Of a DNA stretch of 64,000 nt, positions 8,783 through 18,962 are shown one piece after another. The stretch covers positions 42,511 to 106,510 of the forward strand of contig DAOULR010000004.1 in assembly GCA_034419075.1 (NCBI GenBank), written 5' to 3'. Position 1 is the stretch's first letter. The number at the start of each line of letters is the position of its first letter. A program made the position numbers and the translations under genes. Source of the stretch: Dehalococcoidales bacterium (GTDB lineage: Bacteria > Chloroflexota > Dehalococcoidia > Dehalococcoidales > BS750m-G39). The notes under the pieces were generated by a model. The model was not told the origin of the DNA. It ran no database searches and worked only from the letters and a program-made list of their open reading frames with translations.

Positions 8783-9262
8783 ATGTCAGACACCCCGAAG
8801 TTTATCGTCGACCATAATGTGGGCAAGCTGACCAAGTGGCTGCGGCTCATGGGCTATGACGCCCGCTTCTTCCGGGGTAAAAGCGATGCCGAGCTGGTGG
8901 CTATCGCCCTTAAAGAGGGCAGGATAATATTAACTAGGGACACCCGCATTATGCAGCGGCGGCTGGTAACCAAAGGCAGGCTCAAGGCCTTGCTTATCGC
9001 CAGCGACCAGCCCGAACAACAGATTCGTCAGCTAATCGACAGCCTGAACCTCGATTACCGCTTTAATCCCTTTAGCCTCTGCCTGGAGTGCAACCAGCCC
9101 CTGGTGGAGAGAAAAAAGGCGGAGCTGAAGGACTTGGTGCCTCCCTACGTCTTCAAGACGCAAGACCAGTTCCGGCAGTGCCCGTCCTGCCAGCGTATCT
9201 ACTGGCGGGGGACGCACTGGCGGGCGATGACGCGGAGGCTGGAGGGGCTGGGGGGTGGTTAG
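8783..9262 (+). CDS. Mut7-C/DUF82 PIN-like RNase-domain protein with C-terminal zinc ribbon
   Basis: Start at ATG 8783 (MSDTPKFIVDHNVGKLTKWLRLMGYDA). C-terminal CLECN...CPSCQRIYWRGTHW. The track start 8738 overlaps the previous gene. Confidence 0.65.
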   Translation: MSDTPKFIVDHNVGKLTKWLRLMGYDARFFRGKSDAELVAIALKEGRIILTRDTRIMQRRLVTKGRLKALLIASDQPEQQIRQLIDSLNLDYRFNPFSLCLECNQPLVERKKAELKDLVPPYVFKTQDQFRQCPSCQRIYWRGTHWRAMTRRLEGLGGG

Positions 9263-9334
9263 TACCTTTGCCTCTCTTGACCGCAGCCCAGTATATTGCT
9301 ACACTTCACAATGATAATAGTGGAGGCATAAACG

Positions 9335-10099
9335 ATGGCTTTTAAGAAGATTCTGCTGGAGAAGAAAGAGGGGGCGGCCAAGATTACTATTAACCTGCCG
9401 CCATTGAACATCCTGGATATTCCTACCCTTGAGGAGATGAACCAGGCGCTGGCCGAGCTTAGGGAGGATGATGAGGTGAAGGTGGTGGCCATTACCGGCT
9501 CGGGAGAGAAGGCTTTCTCGGCGGGGGTAGCCGTCGGCGACCACCTGGGCGATAAGCTGCCCAAGATGGTCGAGGTCTTCCACAAGCTTTTCGTAGCGCT
9601 AATCGAGGTGGATAAGCCGACCATCGCCCTGGTCAATGGGGTGGCGCTGGGTGGGGGCTGTGAGATAGTGGCTGGCTGCGATATGGCGGTGGCCTCGGAT
9701 AAGGCGAAGCTGGGCCAGCCCGAGATTAAGCTGGGGGTCTATCCGCCGCCAGCATCGGTGCTCTTCCCCAGGATAATGGGGCGGCAGAAGGCCTTCGAGC
9801 TTATCCTTTCCGGGGACAGCATCAGCGCCCAGGAGGCGGAGAGAATCGGGCTGGTCAATAAGGTTGTCCCCGCCGCCGAATTCAATAAGGGGTGCGAGGA
9901 GTTTATCAAGCGTTTTACGTCCAATAGCGGGCTGACACTGACCCAGGCGCGGCGGGCGCTTTACCGTAACTTCGACCTGAATTTCTATGAGGCTCTGGAA
10001 GCCACCGGCGTCGATGCCACTATGGTCATGGCCGGGGAGAACAGCGTCGAGGGGCTGTCCGCCTTCCTGGAGAAGAGGAAGCCAATCTGGATAAGATAG
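9335..10099 (+). CDS. Enoyl-CoA hydratase/isomerase family protein (second crotonase paralog)
   Basis: 254 aa. GSGEKAFSAGVAV and GVALGGGCEIVAGCDM crotonase-fold motifs. Confidence 0.8.
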   Translation: MAFKKILLEKKEGAAKITINLPPLNILDIPTLEEMNQALAELREDDEVKVVAITGSGEKAFSAGVAVGDHLGDKLPKMVEVFHKLFVALIEVDKPTIALVNGVALGGGCEIVAGCDMAVASDKAKLGQPEIKLGVYPPPASVLFPRIMGRQKAFELILSGDSISAQEAERIGLVNKVVPAAEFNKGCEEFIKRFTSNSGLTLTQARRALYRNFDLNFYEALEATGVDATMVMAGENSVEGLSAFLEKRKPIWIR

Positions 10100-10121
10100 T
10101 CTTTTACGGAGGTAGAGGGAA

Positions 10122-11726
10122 GTGAAAGTTCTAACTACTGACCAGATGCACCAGCTGGAACAAGATGCCATCAAGTCCGGCATAACCATGGAAATGCTCA
10201 TGGAGAACGCGGGACAGGCCGTCGCCGACGAGGCGGCACGGATCCTGGAAGATATCCGACAGCAGCAGATTCTAATTCTCATCGGGCCGGGTAACAATGG
10301 TGGGGATGGGCTGGTCGCCGCCCGACACCTTCACGACGCGGGAGCCAAGGTCTTCGTCTATTTCTTCGGGCAGAGGCCGGGGCGCGACCCCATGCTCAAG
10401 CCGCTGCGGGAGCGCCGCATCAAGCGCATTGAGGCGGAAAAGGACGAAAACCTGGATGAATTGACCAAGCTGCTGGCTTCGGTCGATGCCGTTATCGACG
10501 CCCTCTTTGGCACGGGCACCACCCGACCCTTCTCCGGACTATTGCTGATGGTACTGGACAGGGTGAGGCGGGCCAAGATTAAACGCCCCGGTATAAAAAC
10601 TATCGCCCTGGATATACCCTCGGGGCTTAACGCCGACACCGGCGAAGCCGACCCAGGCTGTCTTTATGTAGATAACACTATCACTTTAGCTTTTCCCAAG
10701 CCAGGGCTGTTTAAGTTCCCCGGCGCTGAGAGAGTAGGGGAGATAAGCGTGGTCGATATCGGCCTGCCCGGATTTGTCGAGGAGAAAGCCGGCCCGGACT
10801 ACCTGGCCGACGAGTGGGCGAAATCGGTTTTACCCGAGCGCTCCCCTCAGGCCAACAAGGGTGATTTCGGCAAGGTGATAGTGCTGGCGGGCTCCATCAA
10901 CTACCTTGGTGCGCCCTATCTCGCCTGCAACGGCGCCATGAGGGTCGGCGCGGGCCTGGTGACACTGGCCGCCACCGGGCGTTTGCAGGCCATTTTAGCC
11001 AACAAGTTAACCGAGGTTACCTATCTGCCTTTACCGGAGGTACGTCCTTGGATTATTGCCCCCGAAGCCCTGCGGCTTCTCTTTCGTCAGTTCGAGAACT
11101 ATAACGTGCTGGTTATGGGCTGCGGCATGGGTCAGAACGAAGCGGTGGTCAGGCTCATCCGCTCTATCTTGCTTACCCACCCTAAGGCCAAGACAGCCAA
11201 ACCCAAGTTGCCGTCCGTGGTTCTCGATGCCGATGGCCTCAACGCCTTGGCCAAGGTGCCCAAATGGTGGGACCTGATGCCCGAGGACGCTATCCTTACC
11301 CCCCACCCTGGTGAGATGGCTAGGCTGACGGGGATGACAGTGGACGAGGTCCAGATCGACCGGCTGGAGCTGACCAAGAGGATGGCCTCGGAGTGGCACA
11401 AGACCATCGTCCTTAAGGGGGCGCATACCGTTATCGCCGCCCCCGACGGACGCACGCAGATTAGCCATATCGCCAATGCCGGGCTGGCGTCGGCGGGGAC
11501 GGGCGATGTCCTGGCTGGGGCTATTGGCGGGCTGCTGGCGCAAGGGCTTAGCCTCTTCGATGCCGCCGCCGCTGGTGTCTATGTCCACGGCATGGCGGGG
11601 GAGGTGGTCAAAGAGAGGCTGGGCGACGCGGGTATGGTGGCTTCCGACCTCCTGCCCGAATTGCCCCTAGTCATCAAGCGGTTAAAGGCCAGCCGCCCTA
11701 GCGAAGCTACCGAAGAGGCTGACTAA
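10122..11726 (+). CDS. nnr: Bifunctional NAD(P)H-hydrate repair enzyme (epimerase + ADP-dependent dehydratase)
   Basis: 534 aa, GTG start. N-terminal YjeF_N motif GPGNNGGDG. C-terminal carbohydrate-kinase-like domain with GTGDVLAG. Confidence 0.85.
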   Translation: MKVLTTDQMHQLEQDAIKSGITMEMLMENAGQAVADEAARILEDIRQQQILILIGPGNNGGDGLVAARHLHDAGAKVFVYFFGQRPGRDPMLKPLRERRIKRIEAEKDENLDELTKLLASVDAVIDALFGTGTTRPFSGLLLMVLDRVRRAKIKRPGIKTIALDIPSGLNADTGEADPGCLYVDNTITLAFPKPGLFKFPGAERVGEISVVDIGLPGFVEEKAGPDYLADEWAKSVLPERSPQANKGDFGKVIVLAGSINYLGAPYLACNGAMRVGAGLVTLAATGRLQAILANKLTEVTYLPLPEVRPWIIAPEALRLLFRQFENYNVLVMGCGMGQNEAVVRLIRSILLTHPKAKTAKPKLPSVVLDADGLNALAKVPKWWDLMPEDAILTPHPGEMARLTGMTVDEVQIDRLELTKRMASEWHKTIVLKGAHTVIAAPDGRTQISHIANAGLASAGTGDVLAGAIGGLLAQGLSLFDAAAAGVYVHGMAGEVVKERLGDAGMVASDLLPELPLVIKRLKASRPSEATEEAD

Positions 11727-12493
11727 TGCTGTTAGCGGTCGATATCGGTAACACCAGCACCAAGCTCGGCGTCTTCGAGGGCGAGAAGCTGCGCGCTACC
11801 TGGCACATGGCTACGGGCGTTCACCGCATGGCCGACGAGTACGCGGCGCTGCTCTTTAACCTGCTGCGCCAGCAGGGGCTGGAGACCACCGATATTAAGG
11901 CGGTGGCCATGTGTAGCGTGGTACCACCGCTGATTTCGACCTTTGAGGAACTTTTCGAGCGCTATTTTCACATCACGCCGCTGGTGGTGGGGGCGGGGGT
12001 AAAGACGGGGGTGAGCATCCGCATGGATAACCCCCGCGAGGTCGGCGCCGACCGAATCGCCGATGCCGCCGCCGCCCATAAGCTCTACGGGGGGCCGGTG
12101 ATTATCATCGACCTGGGCACGGCCACCACCTTCGGCATTGTTTCTAAGGAGGGGGACTACATCGGCGGTATTATCGCCACCGGTATCGCCACTGCCGCCG
12201 AGGCGCTCTTCACCCGTACGGCGCAGCTGCCCCGCGTGGAACTGGCCCAACCCAAGCACGTCATCGGCACCAATACGGTGGCGGCCATACAGTCGGGGAT
12301 TATCTACGGCTACGCCTCACTAGTGGAGGGGATGCTGGAACGCATCCACAAGGAGCTTGGGGGCAAGTTCAAGGTAGTGGCCACGGGTGGCTACGGCGAG
12401 CTTATCGCCAAGGTAACCGACGTCATCGATGTGGTCAACCCCGACCTGACCCTGATTGGACTGAGGCTCATCTACGAGATGAACAAGGGCTGA
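11726..12493 (+). CDS. coaX: Type III pantothenate kinase
   Basis: 255 aa. LAVDIGNT, GADR, DLGTATT motifs. ATG overlaps the nnr stop (TAATG). Confidence 0.85.
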   Translation: MLLAVDIGNTSTKLGVFEGEKLRATWHMATGVHRMADEYAALLFNLLRQQGLETTDIKAVAMCSVVPPLISTFEELFERYFHITPLVVGAGVKTGVSIRMDNPREVGADRIADAAAAHKLYGGPVIIIDLGTATTFGIVSKEGDYIGGIIATGIATAAEALFTRTAQLPRVELAQPKHVIGTNTVAAIQSGIIYGYASLVEGMLERIHKELGGKFKVVATGGYGELIAKVTDVIDVVNPDLTLIGLRLIYEMNKG

Positions 12494-12495
12494 AA

Positions 12496-13683
12496 ATGCT
12501 GAAAGAAAAAACCATAATACTGGGCATAACCGGCAGCATCGCCGCTTACAAGGCGGCTGACCTCGCCAGCCGTCTGACCAAGGGGGGGGCTAAGGTGGAG
12601 GTGGTTATGACCAAGGCCGCCACCTGGTTTATCGCCCCGCTCGCCCTAAGCAGCATTACGGGGCGGAGGGTGTTTACTGACGTGTTCGAGCCCGAGTCGG
12701 AGCGCAACATCGAGCATATCGCCCTGGCCGAGGCGGCCGACGCGGTGGTTATCGCCCCGGCGACGGCCTCCCTGATTGCCAAGCTGGCGGCGGGCATCGC
12801 CGACGAAATGCCAGCCCTAGTGGTGCTGGCGACCAAAGCCCCCATTGTCCTGGCGCCGGCCATGCACACCAACATGTACCTGAACCCCATAACGCAGGAG
12901 AACCTAGTCAAGCTTAGGGCCCGCGGCTTTACCGTCGTCGAGCCCGAGAGCGGGCGACTGGCTTCGGGTGGGGTGGGGCCGGGGCGGCTGGCCAATAGCG
13001 ATAAGATTATGGACACAATCAAGCAGGTTTTGGTGAGGAAAGGCGATTTGGTGGGTAAGAAGGTGGTGGTGACGGCGGGGGGAACTCAGGAACCTATCGA
13101 CCCGGTGAGGCATATCACCAACCCTTCGTCGGGGAAGATGGGCTACGCCATTGCCGAAGCCGCCCGCGACCGCGGCGCTGAGGTTGTATTGGTCAGCGCA
13201 CCCACTTCGCTGCCTCAACCCGCGGAGGTGAAGGTTATGCCGGTAAGGACTACCGCCGAAATGCAAAAAGCGGTATCTAAAGCGGTAACCAAAGCCGATG
13301 CCCTGATTATGGCGGCGGCGGTTACCGACTACCAGCCCAAGACCACATCCAAAGAAAAGCTCAAGAAAGATACCCCCGAGCTAAAGCTGGAACTGGTGAG
13401 AACGCCCGACATCCTGGCCGAGGTCAAGGGCGCTTTTATCAAGGTCGGTTTTGCTGCCGAGAGTAACGACATTATTGCCAACGCCAAGAAGAAGCTGAAG
13501 AATAAAAAGCTGGATATGATAGTGGCCAACGATATTACCGCCACCGACAGCGGCTTCGGCGTTGACACCAATAGGGTCATCATCATCGACAAGAAGGGTG
13601 GGGTGGAAGAACTGCCCTTATTAAGCAAGCGCGAGGTGGCCGAGCGGATACTGGACGGGGTGGTGGGGTTGGTCAAGCGCTAA
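12496..13683 (+). CDS. coaBC: Bifunctional phosphopantothenoylcysteine decarboxylase/synthetase
   Basis: 395 aa. N-terminal flavoprotein motif ILGITGSIAAYKA. C-terminal CoaB region (AAAVTDY). Confidence 0.85.
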   Translation: MLKEKTIILGITGSIAAYKAADLASRLTKGGAKVEVVMTKAATWFIAPLALSSITGRRVFTDVFEPESERNIEHIALAEAADAVVIAPATASLIAKLAAGIADEMPALVVLATKAPIVLAPAMHTNMYLNPITQENLVKLRARGFTVVEPESGRLASGGVGPGRLANSDKIMDTIKQVLVRKGDLVGKKVVVTAGGTQEPIDPVRHITNPSSGKMGYAIAEAARDRGAEVVLVSAPTSLPQPAEVKVMPVRTTAEMQKAVSKAVTKADALIMAAAVTDYQPKTTSKEKLKKDTPELKLELVRTPDILAEVKGAFIKVGFAAESNDIIANAKKKLKNKKLDMIVANDITATDSGFGVDTNRVIIIDKKGGVEELPLLSKREVAERILDGVVGLVKR

Positions 13684-13713
13684 TCGCCAGATTATTAAGG
13701 AGATACCCCCTTA

Positions 13714-16398
13714 ATGACCGAGTCGACTGAAATGCATAGCGACATGCCCAAAGCCTATGAGCCGCAAAAAGTAGAGCGGAAGTGGTACCAGTTCTGGCTG
13801 GATAAGGGCTATTTCCGGGCCGAGATAGACCCCAAGAAAAAGCCCTTCGTCGTCATCATGCCCCTGCCCAACGTCACCGGCGGGCTGCACATGGGACACG
13901 TCTGCTTCCTCACTCCCGAAGACGTGATGACCCGCTGGCACCGCATGAAGGGGGACTCCGCCCTCTGGCTGCCGGGCATCGACCACGCTGGCATCGCCGC
14001 CCAGGTGGTGGTGGAGCAACAGCTGGCCCAGGAGGGGACGGACCGCCATAAGATAGGCCGAGAGAAGTTCCTGGGAAGAATGTATAAGTGGGCTAAGGAA
14101 TGCCGCCAGACGATAACCGAGCAGGAGCAGCGGGTAGGGGCTTCCTGCGACTGGAGTCGTGAGAAATTTACCCTGGAGGAGGGGCCGAGCCGAGCGGTGC
14201 GCACCGCCTTCGTCAGGCTCTACGAAAAGGGCTTAATCTACCGCGGGGAGCGCATCATCAACTGGTGCCCGCGCTGCGCCACGGCGCTTTCCGACCTGGA
14301 GACCGACCACAAGGACATACAGGGGAACCTCTACTACGTGCGCTATCCTTTGGTAGGTAGCGACGAGTTCATCACCGTAGCCACCACCCGCCCCGAAACG
14401 ATACTGGGGGATACGGCGGTGGCCGTCAATCCCAAGGACAAGCGCTTCAAGAGGGTGGTGGGTAAGAAAGTCATACTGCCCGCCGTCAAGCGCGAGATAC
14501 CGATTATCGCTGATGAGGCCGTTGACCCCGAGTTCGGCACGGGGGCGGTAAAGATTACCCCCGCCCACGACCCCGTTGACTTCGAGGTCGCCCAGCGCCA
14601 CGACCTGCCGCTGGTAAATATACTCAACCCTGACGTCACCATGAACGAAAACGCGGGCAAATATCAGGGACTTGACCGCTTCAAATGCCGCGAGGCGATA
14701 GTCGCCGACCTGAAAAAATCGGGGCAGCTGGTCAAGATAGAGCCCTACGGGCATTCGGTGGGTCACTGCATGCGCTGCCAGACAATTATCGAGCCCACCG
14801 CCAGCCGCCAGTGGTTCATCAAGACCGAGCCGCTGGCCAAGCCGGCCATAGAGGCTGTCACCAGCGGGCGCATCAACATTATCCCCGAGCGCTTCACCAA
14901 GGTCTACCTCAACTGGATGGAGAACATCCGCGACTGGTGTATCAGCCGCCAGCTCTGGTGGGGTCATAGAATACCCGTCTGGTACTGCGCGAAATGCGGC
15001 GAGCTGACGGTATCGGTGGACGAGGTCAAGAAGTGCGCCCACTGCGGCTCGGCCAAAGTGGAGCAGGACCCCGATGTGCTCGATACCTGGTTCTCCTCGG
15101 CGCTCTGGACTCACTCCACACTGGGCTGGCCCGACGACACCGAAGACCTGCGCTATTTCTACCCGACCACGGTGATGGAGACGGGCTACGACATCCTCTT
15201 TTTCTGGGTAGCCAGAATGATTATGATGGGGCTGGAGGACGTGGGCGATATCCCCTTCAGCACCGTTTACCTGCACGGTTTGTTGCGGGACGAGAAGGGA
15301 GAGAAGATGAGCAAGGTGAGGGGCAACGTGCTCGACCCGCTGGACACTATGGATAAATATGGCACCGACGCCCTGCGCTTTGCCCTTTCTACCGACGTCT
15401 CGCCGGGCAACGATATCAACCTGACCAAGGCCAGGCTGGAGGCGGGGCGAAACTTTGCCAATAAGCTCTGGAACGCCGCCCGCTTCGTGGTGAGAAGCCT
15501 TGAGAAAGAAGATATCGCTCTCGAAATCAAGCAGGAGGGGCTGGGGGTGGAGGAGCGCTGGATATTGAGCCGCCTTAGCCGCACCAACGCCAGCGTCGTC
15601 AAGCTGATGGATAACTTCCAGTTCGGCGAAGGCTTAAAGCAATTGCACGACTTTATCTGGGGGGAGTTCTGCGACTGGTATATCGAGTTCGCCAAGATTC
15701 GCCTCTCTGCTGGCGATAGTTCGCCATTACCAGTCCTGGTCTATGTGCTGGAAAACTCGCTGCGGCTGCTGCACCCCTTTATGCCCTTCATTACCGAGGA
15801 ATTGTGGCAGCAGCTAAAACAGCGCCTGCCCGCCGACTGGCAGAAGACTGACTCCATAATGATTGCCGCCTACCCTGAGGCCGATACAAAAGCCGTTGAC
15901 GCCGAGGCGGAGAAAGTCATGGAAGCCATAATTGATATAGTCCACAATATTCGTAATGTACGGGCGGAACACAAAGTGGAGGTCAACAAGTGGGTAGAGG
16001 CTGAGGTCTATGCTGGAGAGCTTACCTCTGCTATTGCCGAACATTCAACGACAATTCAGACGCTGGCCCGGGCAAGGCCGGTTAGTTTCCACGATATCCG
16101 TCAGGAAGGCGTTCAAATCCCGTCGGAGGGAAATGATAGAATAATAGTGCTTCCAAACGCGGTAACAGTCAGGATTCCTATGGAGAGCATGGTCGACCTC
16201 AATGCCGAGCGCAAGCGTCTTGAAGGTGAAATTGCCCGTAGCCAGGCATTAATTGCTTCGCTGGAAAGCAGGCTCAAGGATAAAGCCTTCCTGTCCAAAG
16301 CGCCATCGACGGTGGTGGCTAAAGAGCGGGAAAAGCTGGCCGAGCGAAAGGATAAGCTGAAGAGGCTGAGAGAGCAGCTGGGGCGCTTTAAGTCTTGA
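13714..16398 (+). CDS. valS: Valine--tRNA ligase
   Basis: 894 aa. Class I HIGH variant PNVTGGLHMGH, KMSKS as EKMSKVRGN, C-terminal coiled coil. Confidence 0.95.
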   Translation: MTESTEMHSDMPKAYEPQKVERKWYQFWLDKGYFRAEIDPKKKPFVVIMPLPNVTGGLHMGHVCFLTPEDVMTRWHRMKGDSALWLPGIDHAGIAAQVVVEQQLAQEGTDRHKIGREKFLGRMYKWAKECRQTITEQEQRVGASCDWSREKFTLEEGPSRAVRTAFVRLYEKGLIYRGERIINWCPRCATALSDLETDHKDIQGNLYYVRYPLVGSDEFITVATTRPETILGDTAVAVNPKDKRFKRVVGKKVILPAVKREIPIIADEAVDPEFGTGAVKITPAHDPVDFEVAQRHDLPLVNILNPDVTMNENAGKYQGLDRFKCREAIVADLKKSGQLVKIEPYGHSVGHCMRCQTIIEPTASRQWFIKTEPLAKPAIEAVTSGRINIIPERFTKVYLNWMENIRDWCISRQLWWGHRIPVWYCAKCGELTVSVDEVKKCAHCGSAKVEQDPDVLDTWFSSALWTHSTLGWPDDTEDLRYFYPTTVMETGYDILFFWVARMIMMGLEDVGDIPFSTVYLHGLLRDEKGEKMSKVRGNVLDPLDTMDKYGTDALRFALSTDVSPGNDINLTKARLEAGRNFANKLWNAARFVVRSLEKEDIALEIKQEGLGVEERWILSRLSRTNASVVKLMDNFQFGEGLKQLHDFIWGEFCDWYIEFAKIRLSAGDSSPLPVLVYVLENSLRLLHPFMPFITEELWQQLKQRLPADWQKTDSIMIAAYPEADTKAVDAEAEKVMEAIIDIVHNIRNVRAEHKVEVNKWVEAEVYAGELTSAIAEHSTTIQTLARARPVSFHDIRQEGVQIPSEGNDRIIVLPNAVTVRIPMESMVDLNAERKRLEGEIARSQALIASLESRLKDKAFLSKAPSTVVAKEREKLAERKDKLKRLREQLGRFKS

Positions 16399-16402
16399 AA
16401 GC

Positions 16403-16437
16403 AAACCGCCCTCCCCGCTTAGAGGAGAGCGGTTTTT
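16403..16437. terminator. Hairpin terminator between convergent valS and the NSS-transporter operon
   Basis: AAACCGCCCTCC-loop-GGAGAGCGGTTTTT: GC-rich stem with a T-run on the plus strand. Sits between two convergent units. Confidence 0.6.
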
Positions 16438-16465
16438 CGCTTTTTGGGGCTTTATCGAGTGGGGT

Positions 16466-16573
16466 TTAGTCTTCCCACTTACCGCCTTTACCGATACGGG
16501 TGAAGCAGAAAACCAAGCCGACGATAAACACCAAACTCATAACAATCGTAGTGACTATGGCCGCTGTTGTCAT
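16466..16573 (-). CDS. 35-aa single-TM micro-protein, candidate NSS-transporter small subunit (MetS-like)
   Basis: Hand translation: MTTAAIVTTIVMSLVFIVGLVFCFTRIGKGGKWED. Its ATG overlaps the transporter stop (ATGA, 16570-16573). Below the ORF-track length cutoff. Confidence 0.55.
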   Translation of the reverse strand: MTTAAIVTTIVMSLVFIVGLVFCFTRIGKGGKWED

Positions 16574-18105
16574 TTCTCCTTCACCTCCTTGGCTAGCTTA
16601 GGCCCTCGGGTCTTGGCGGCTTGCAGCCAGAAGCTAAAGCCCAGCGTGGCGACCAGTATTATCCATATGATATGAGAGCCGTTTAGTGGCCCGATCATAT
16701 AGCCGCCGTAGCCGGGATCGGGTATGTCGTTCTTGAAGCCGCCGTAGATGACCACAAAGAGCAGTCCGGCGGGCACGACGACTTTAATCAGCCAGTCGAA
16801 CCAGGCTCCGACCTTGAAGTCCGAGGTCGCGTTGATGTGCTCTCTGAGCTTCTTGGCGCCGTAGAACCAGCCGACGACAATACAGGCCAGGGCGCCGGTT
16901 ATAAGTAGTCCGTAGAAGGCGGTAGCTCTATCTACCATATCTAACCAGTAGAGACCGCCACCGGTACAGTAAAGGAGACCGATAACGAGGCCGAGAGCAC
17001 AGATAAAGGCGGTGACTTTGGCCCGACCCCAGCCGAATTTATCCCGCAGCGGGGCGATAACACCACCGTAGGTCAGGAAGAAGGCCGAATCTATGCCCAG
17101 GAAGAAGAAGCAGACGAAGAAGATGACCCCCGTAACGGCCGCCATAGCCGGCATCATGGAGATTGCCACCGGGTAGGTAACAAAAGCCAGTCCTAAACCG
17201 GAAGCGCTGACCTCGCCCACCGGGATAGACAGCGCCTGCATGATGAAGCCGACGATACTGAATACGGCAAAGCCAGCGAAGAAGCTGGTAGCGCAGTTGG
17301 TAAACGAGGTGATGAAGGCGTTGTTGTTGATGTCAGCTTTCTTGGCGACAAAGCTGCCGTAGGCGAACATCCCGGCCATGCCCAGTGAAAGAGTAAAGGC
17401 AATCTGGCTGAAGGCCCCGAACCATAAATCGGGATTGCTCAGGGCACCCCAATCCGGCGCCAGATAGTAGTTGAGCCCGTCAACTGCTCCTGGTAGCGTC
17501 AACCCCCTTATCAGCAGGACAATGAGCAAAGCCCAGGGGATGATTACCGTCCAGACGGCGACCCTGCCAATTACCTTGGCCCCTTTGAACATGATGAAGA
17601 ACAGGATGATCCAGACTCCTGCTAGGGCGCCGACTATGGGCCACTGCAGACCGCCGAGAGCGGTGGGTCCGGAGGAAAGGTTCAGTACGTCCCCGAAGAA
17701 ATAACCGGCGGCTCCGGACGCGCCGGCCTCACCTGTTCCCCAGGCAACGGTAGCCGAGCTAGCCGCATAGTTCAGGGACCAGGATATGACCACGGAGTAG
17801 TAGGTGACGATGAGGAAGGCAACGAAGACGGGCCACCAGCCCAGCCATTCCCACTTCTTGCTGATGCCTTCGAATACGCCGGGAGAGCCTTTCTGGAAAA
17901 GGCGCCCCATGCCGAACTCCATCATCATCCAGGGGATGCCCAGGATAATAAGGCCGATAATCCAGGCAATCAAAAAGGCTCCGCCACCATATTCATAGGT
18001 CAAATAGGGGAATCGCCAGACATTGCCCAGACCTATTGCGGAGCCCATCGCGGCGAACAGGAAAAAAGCCCTGCCGCCCCATCTTTCCCTTGTTAGTTCC
18101 GCCAA
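16570..18105 (-). CDS. Sodium-dependent neurotransmitter:sodium symporter (NSS/SNF) family transporter
   Basis: 511 aa, TTG start behind AAAGGAGG. Signature GLGNVWRFPY. About 12 TM segments. Confidence 0.9.
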   Translation of the reverse strand: MAELTRERWGGRAFFLFAAMGSAIGLGNVWRFPYLTYEYGGGAFLIAWIIGLIILGIPWMMMEFGMGRLFQKGSPGVFEGISKKWEWLGWWPVFVAFLIVTYYSVVISWSLNYAASSATVAWGTGEAGASGAAGYFFGDVLNLSSGPTALGGLQWPIVGALAGVWIILFFIMFKGAKVIGRVAVWTVIIPWALLIVLLIRGLTLPGAVDGLNYYLAPDWGALSNPDLWFGAFSQIAFTLSLGMAGMFAYGSFVAKKADINNNAFITSFTNCATSFFAGFAVFSIVGFIMQALSIPVGEVSASGLGLAFVTYPVAISMMPAMAAVTGVIFFVCFFFLGIDSAFFLTYGGVIAPLRDKFGWGRAKVTAFICALGLVIGLLYCTGGGLYWLDMVDRATAFYGLLITGALACIVVGWFYGAKKLREHINATSDFKVGAWFDWLIKVVVPAGLLFVVIYGGFKNDIPDPGYGGYMIGPLNGSHIIWIILVATLGFSFWLQAAKTRGPKLAKEVKEK

Positions 18106-18242
18106 ATCCTCATCCTCCTTTCGTCAAGATTTATCGAACAAGAGGACACAAATTTGCTCGATGTAGCTACCTCCTTTCTTTTTCGGGTTATTTAATGTTA
18201 AGAATGGTTAGCTAGAATAACGACCTACTCGTTGTCGGAATT

Positions 18243-18956
18243 TTACTCGCCTAAAAGCGGGATGTCAATAGTCTGCCGCTCGAATCCGTTGCGGCTTAAC
18301 CGTTCCAGCGCCTTTTTAGTGTCGCTGGCGACCCTGGCCTTGTCGCACTGCTGGAGCCGATATTTAAAGAGCCAGTAGTTGAATTCCTTAAGCTCGGCCA
18401 GGCTGGTGGACTTGAGCTGGGGGTAGCGTTTTTGGCGGCGGAAGCGCTTGAGCAGTATCGCCTTGGTTGAGCCGTAGATGCGGCGGTAGGCCTCGTTGGC
18501 CAGGTTCTCTTCACCAGCGTAGCCGGAGATGCGTTTTTCCTTGCGTACCTCTTCCTGCACCGCTTGGAGCAATGCCTCTTCCACGGTGACGCCGTAGAAA
18601 TAGTTGAGGTACTGGTGGTATTTGCCACTGCCGATGAGCTTCTTGAACTCTTTGGCGTTCATCTTTACCGGTGGCCGGCCGTTAAAGAGCAGGGCAACCC
18701 TTTCTTCTTCGGGGATGAGTTTTGCGACCTCACGGCAGAGCCTTTCCGCCAGCAGCAGCCAATCAAAGGCCTCGCCGTCGATGAGGTAGCGGTAGTGGCG
18801 TCCCTTATAATTTTCTTCGGCACTGGTCCAGAGGGCGATGGCTCCGAGCAGGGCGATATACCAGTTTTTGCCGCTGGCTATCTCCTGTTTGAGGTGGGTG
18901 ATAGCCCGGTTGTCGGCGGTGGGGGTTGTTTCGGTGGCTATCAGTTGGTTGTCCAC
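18243..18956 (-). CDS. Hypothetical protein (237 aa), no recognised domain
   Basis: Long ORF with host-like GC, last gene of the string following secA. Charged C-terminal half (KRFRRQKRYPQLK...). The antisense ORF 18564..18977 is rejected. Confidence 0.6.
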   Translation of the reverse strand: MDNQLIATETTPTADNRAITHLKQEIASGKNWYIALLGAIALWTSAEENYKGRHYRYLIDGEAFDWLLLAERLCREVAKLIPEEERVALLFNGRPPVKMNAKEFKKLIGSGKYHQYLNYFYGVTVEEALLQAVQEEVRKEKRISGYAGEENLANEAYRRIYGSTKAILLKRFRRQKRYPQLKSTSLAELKEFNYWLFKYRLQQCDKARVASDTKKALERLSRNGFERQTIDIPLLGE

Positions 18957-18962
18957 GGGTTT

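Noticed and set aside
14233-15276. Long antisense ORFs inside well-supported genes. Examples: 14233..15276 opposite valS, 6294..7010 opposite corA, 23259..24155 opposite prs, 29833..30423 and 28645..29220 opposite ftsK, 52257..52742 opposite the DUF350 gene, and 12..395 opposite tupC/tupB.
   Set aside because: High GC suppresses stop codons on the opposite strand. Their translations are low-complexity (R/G/A/P/H-rich) with no motifs, while the sense-strand genes carry clear family signatures.
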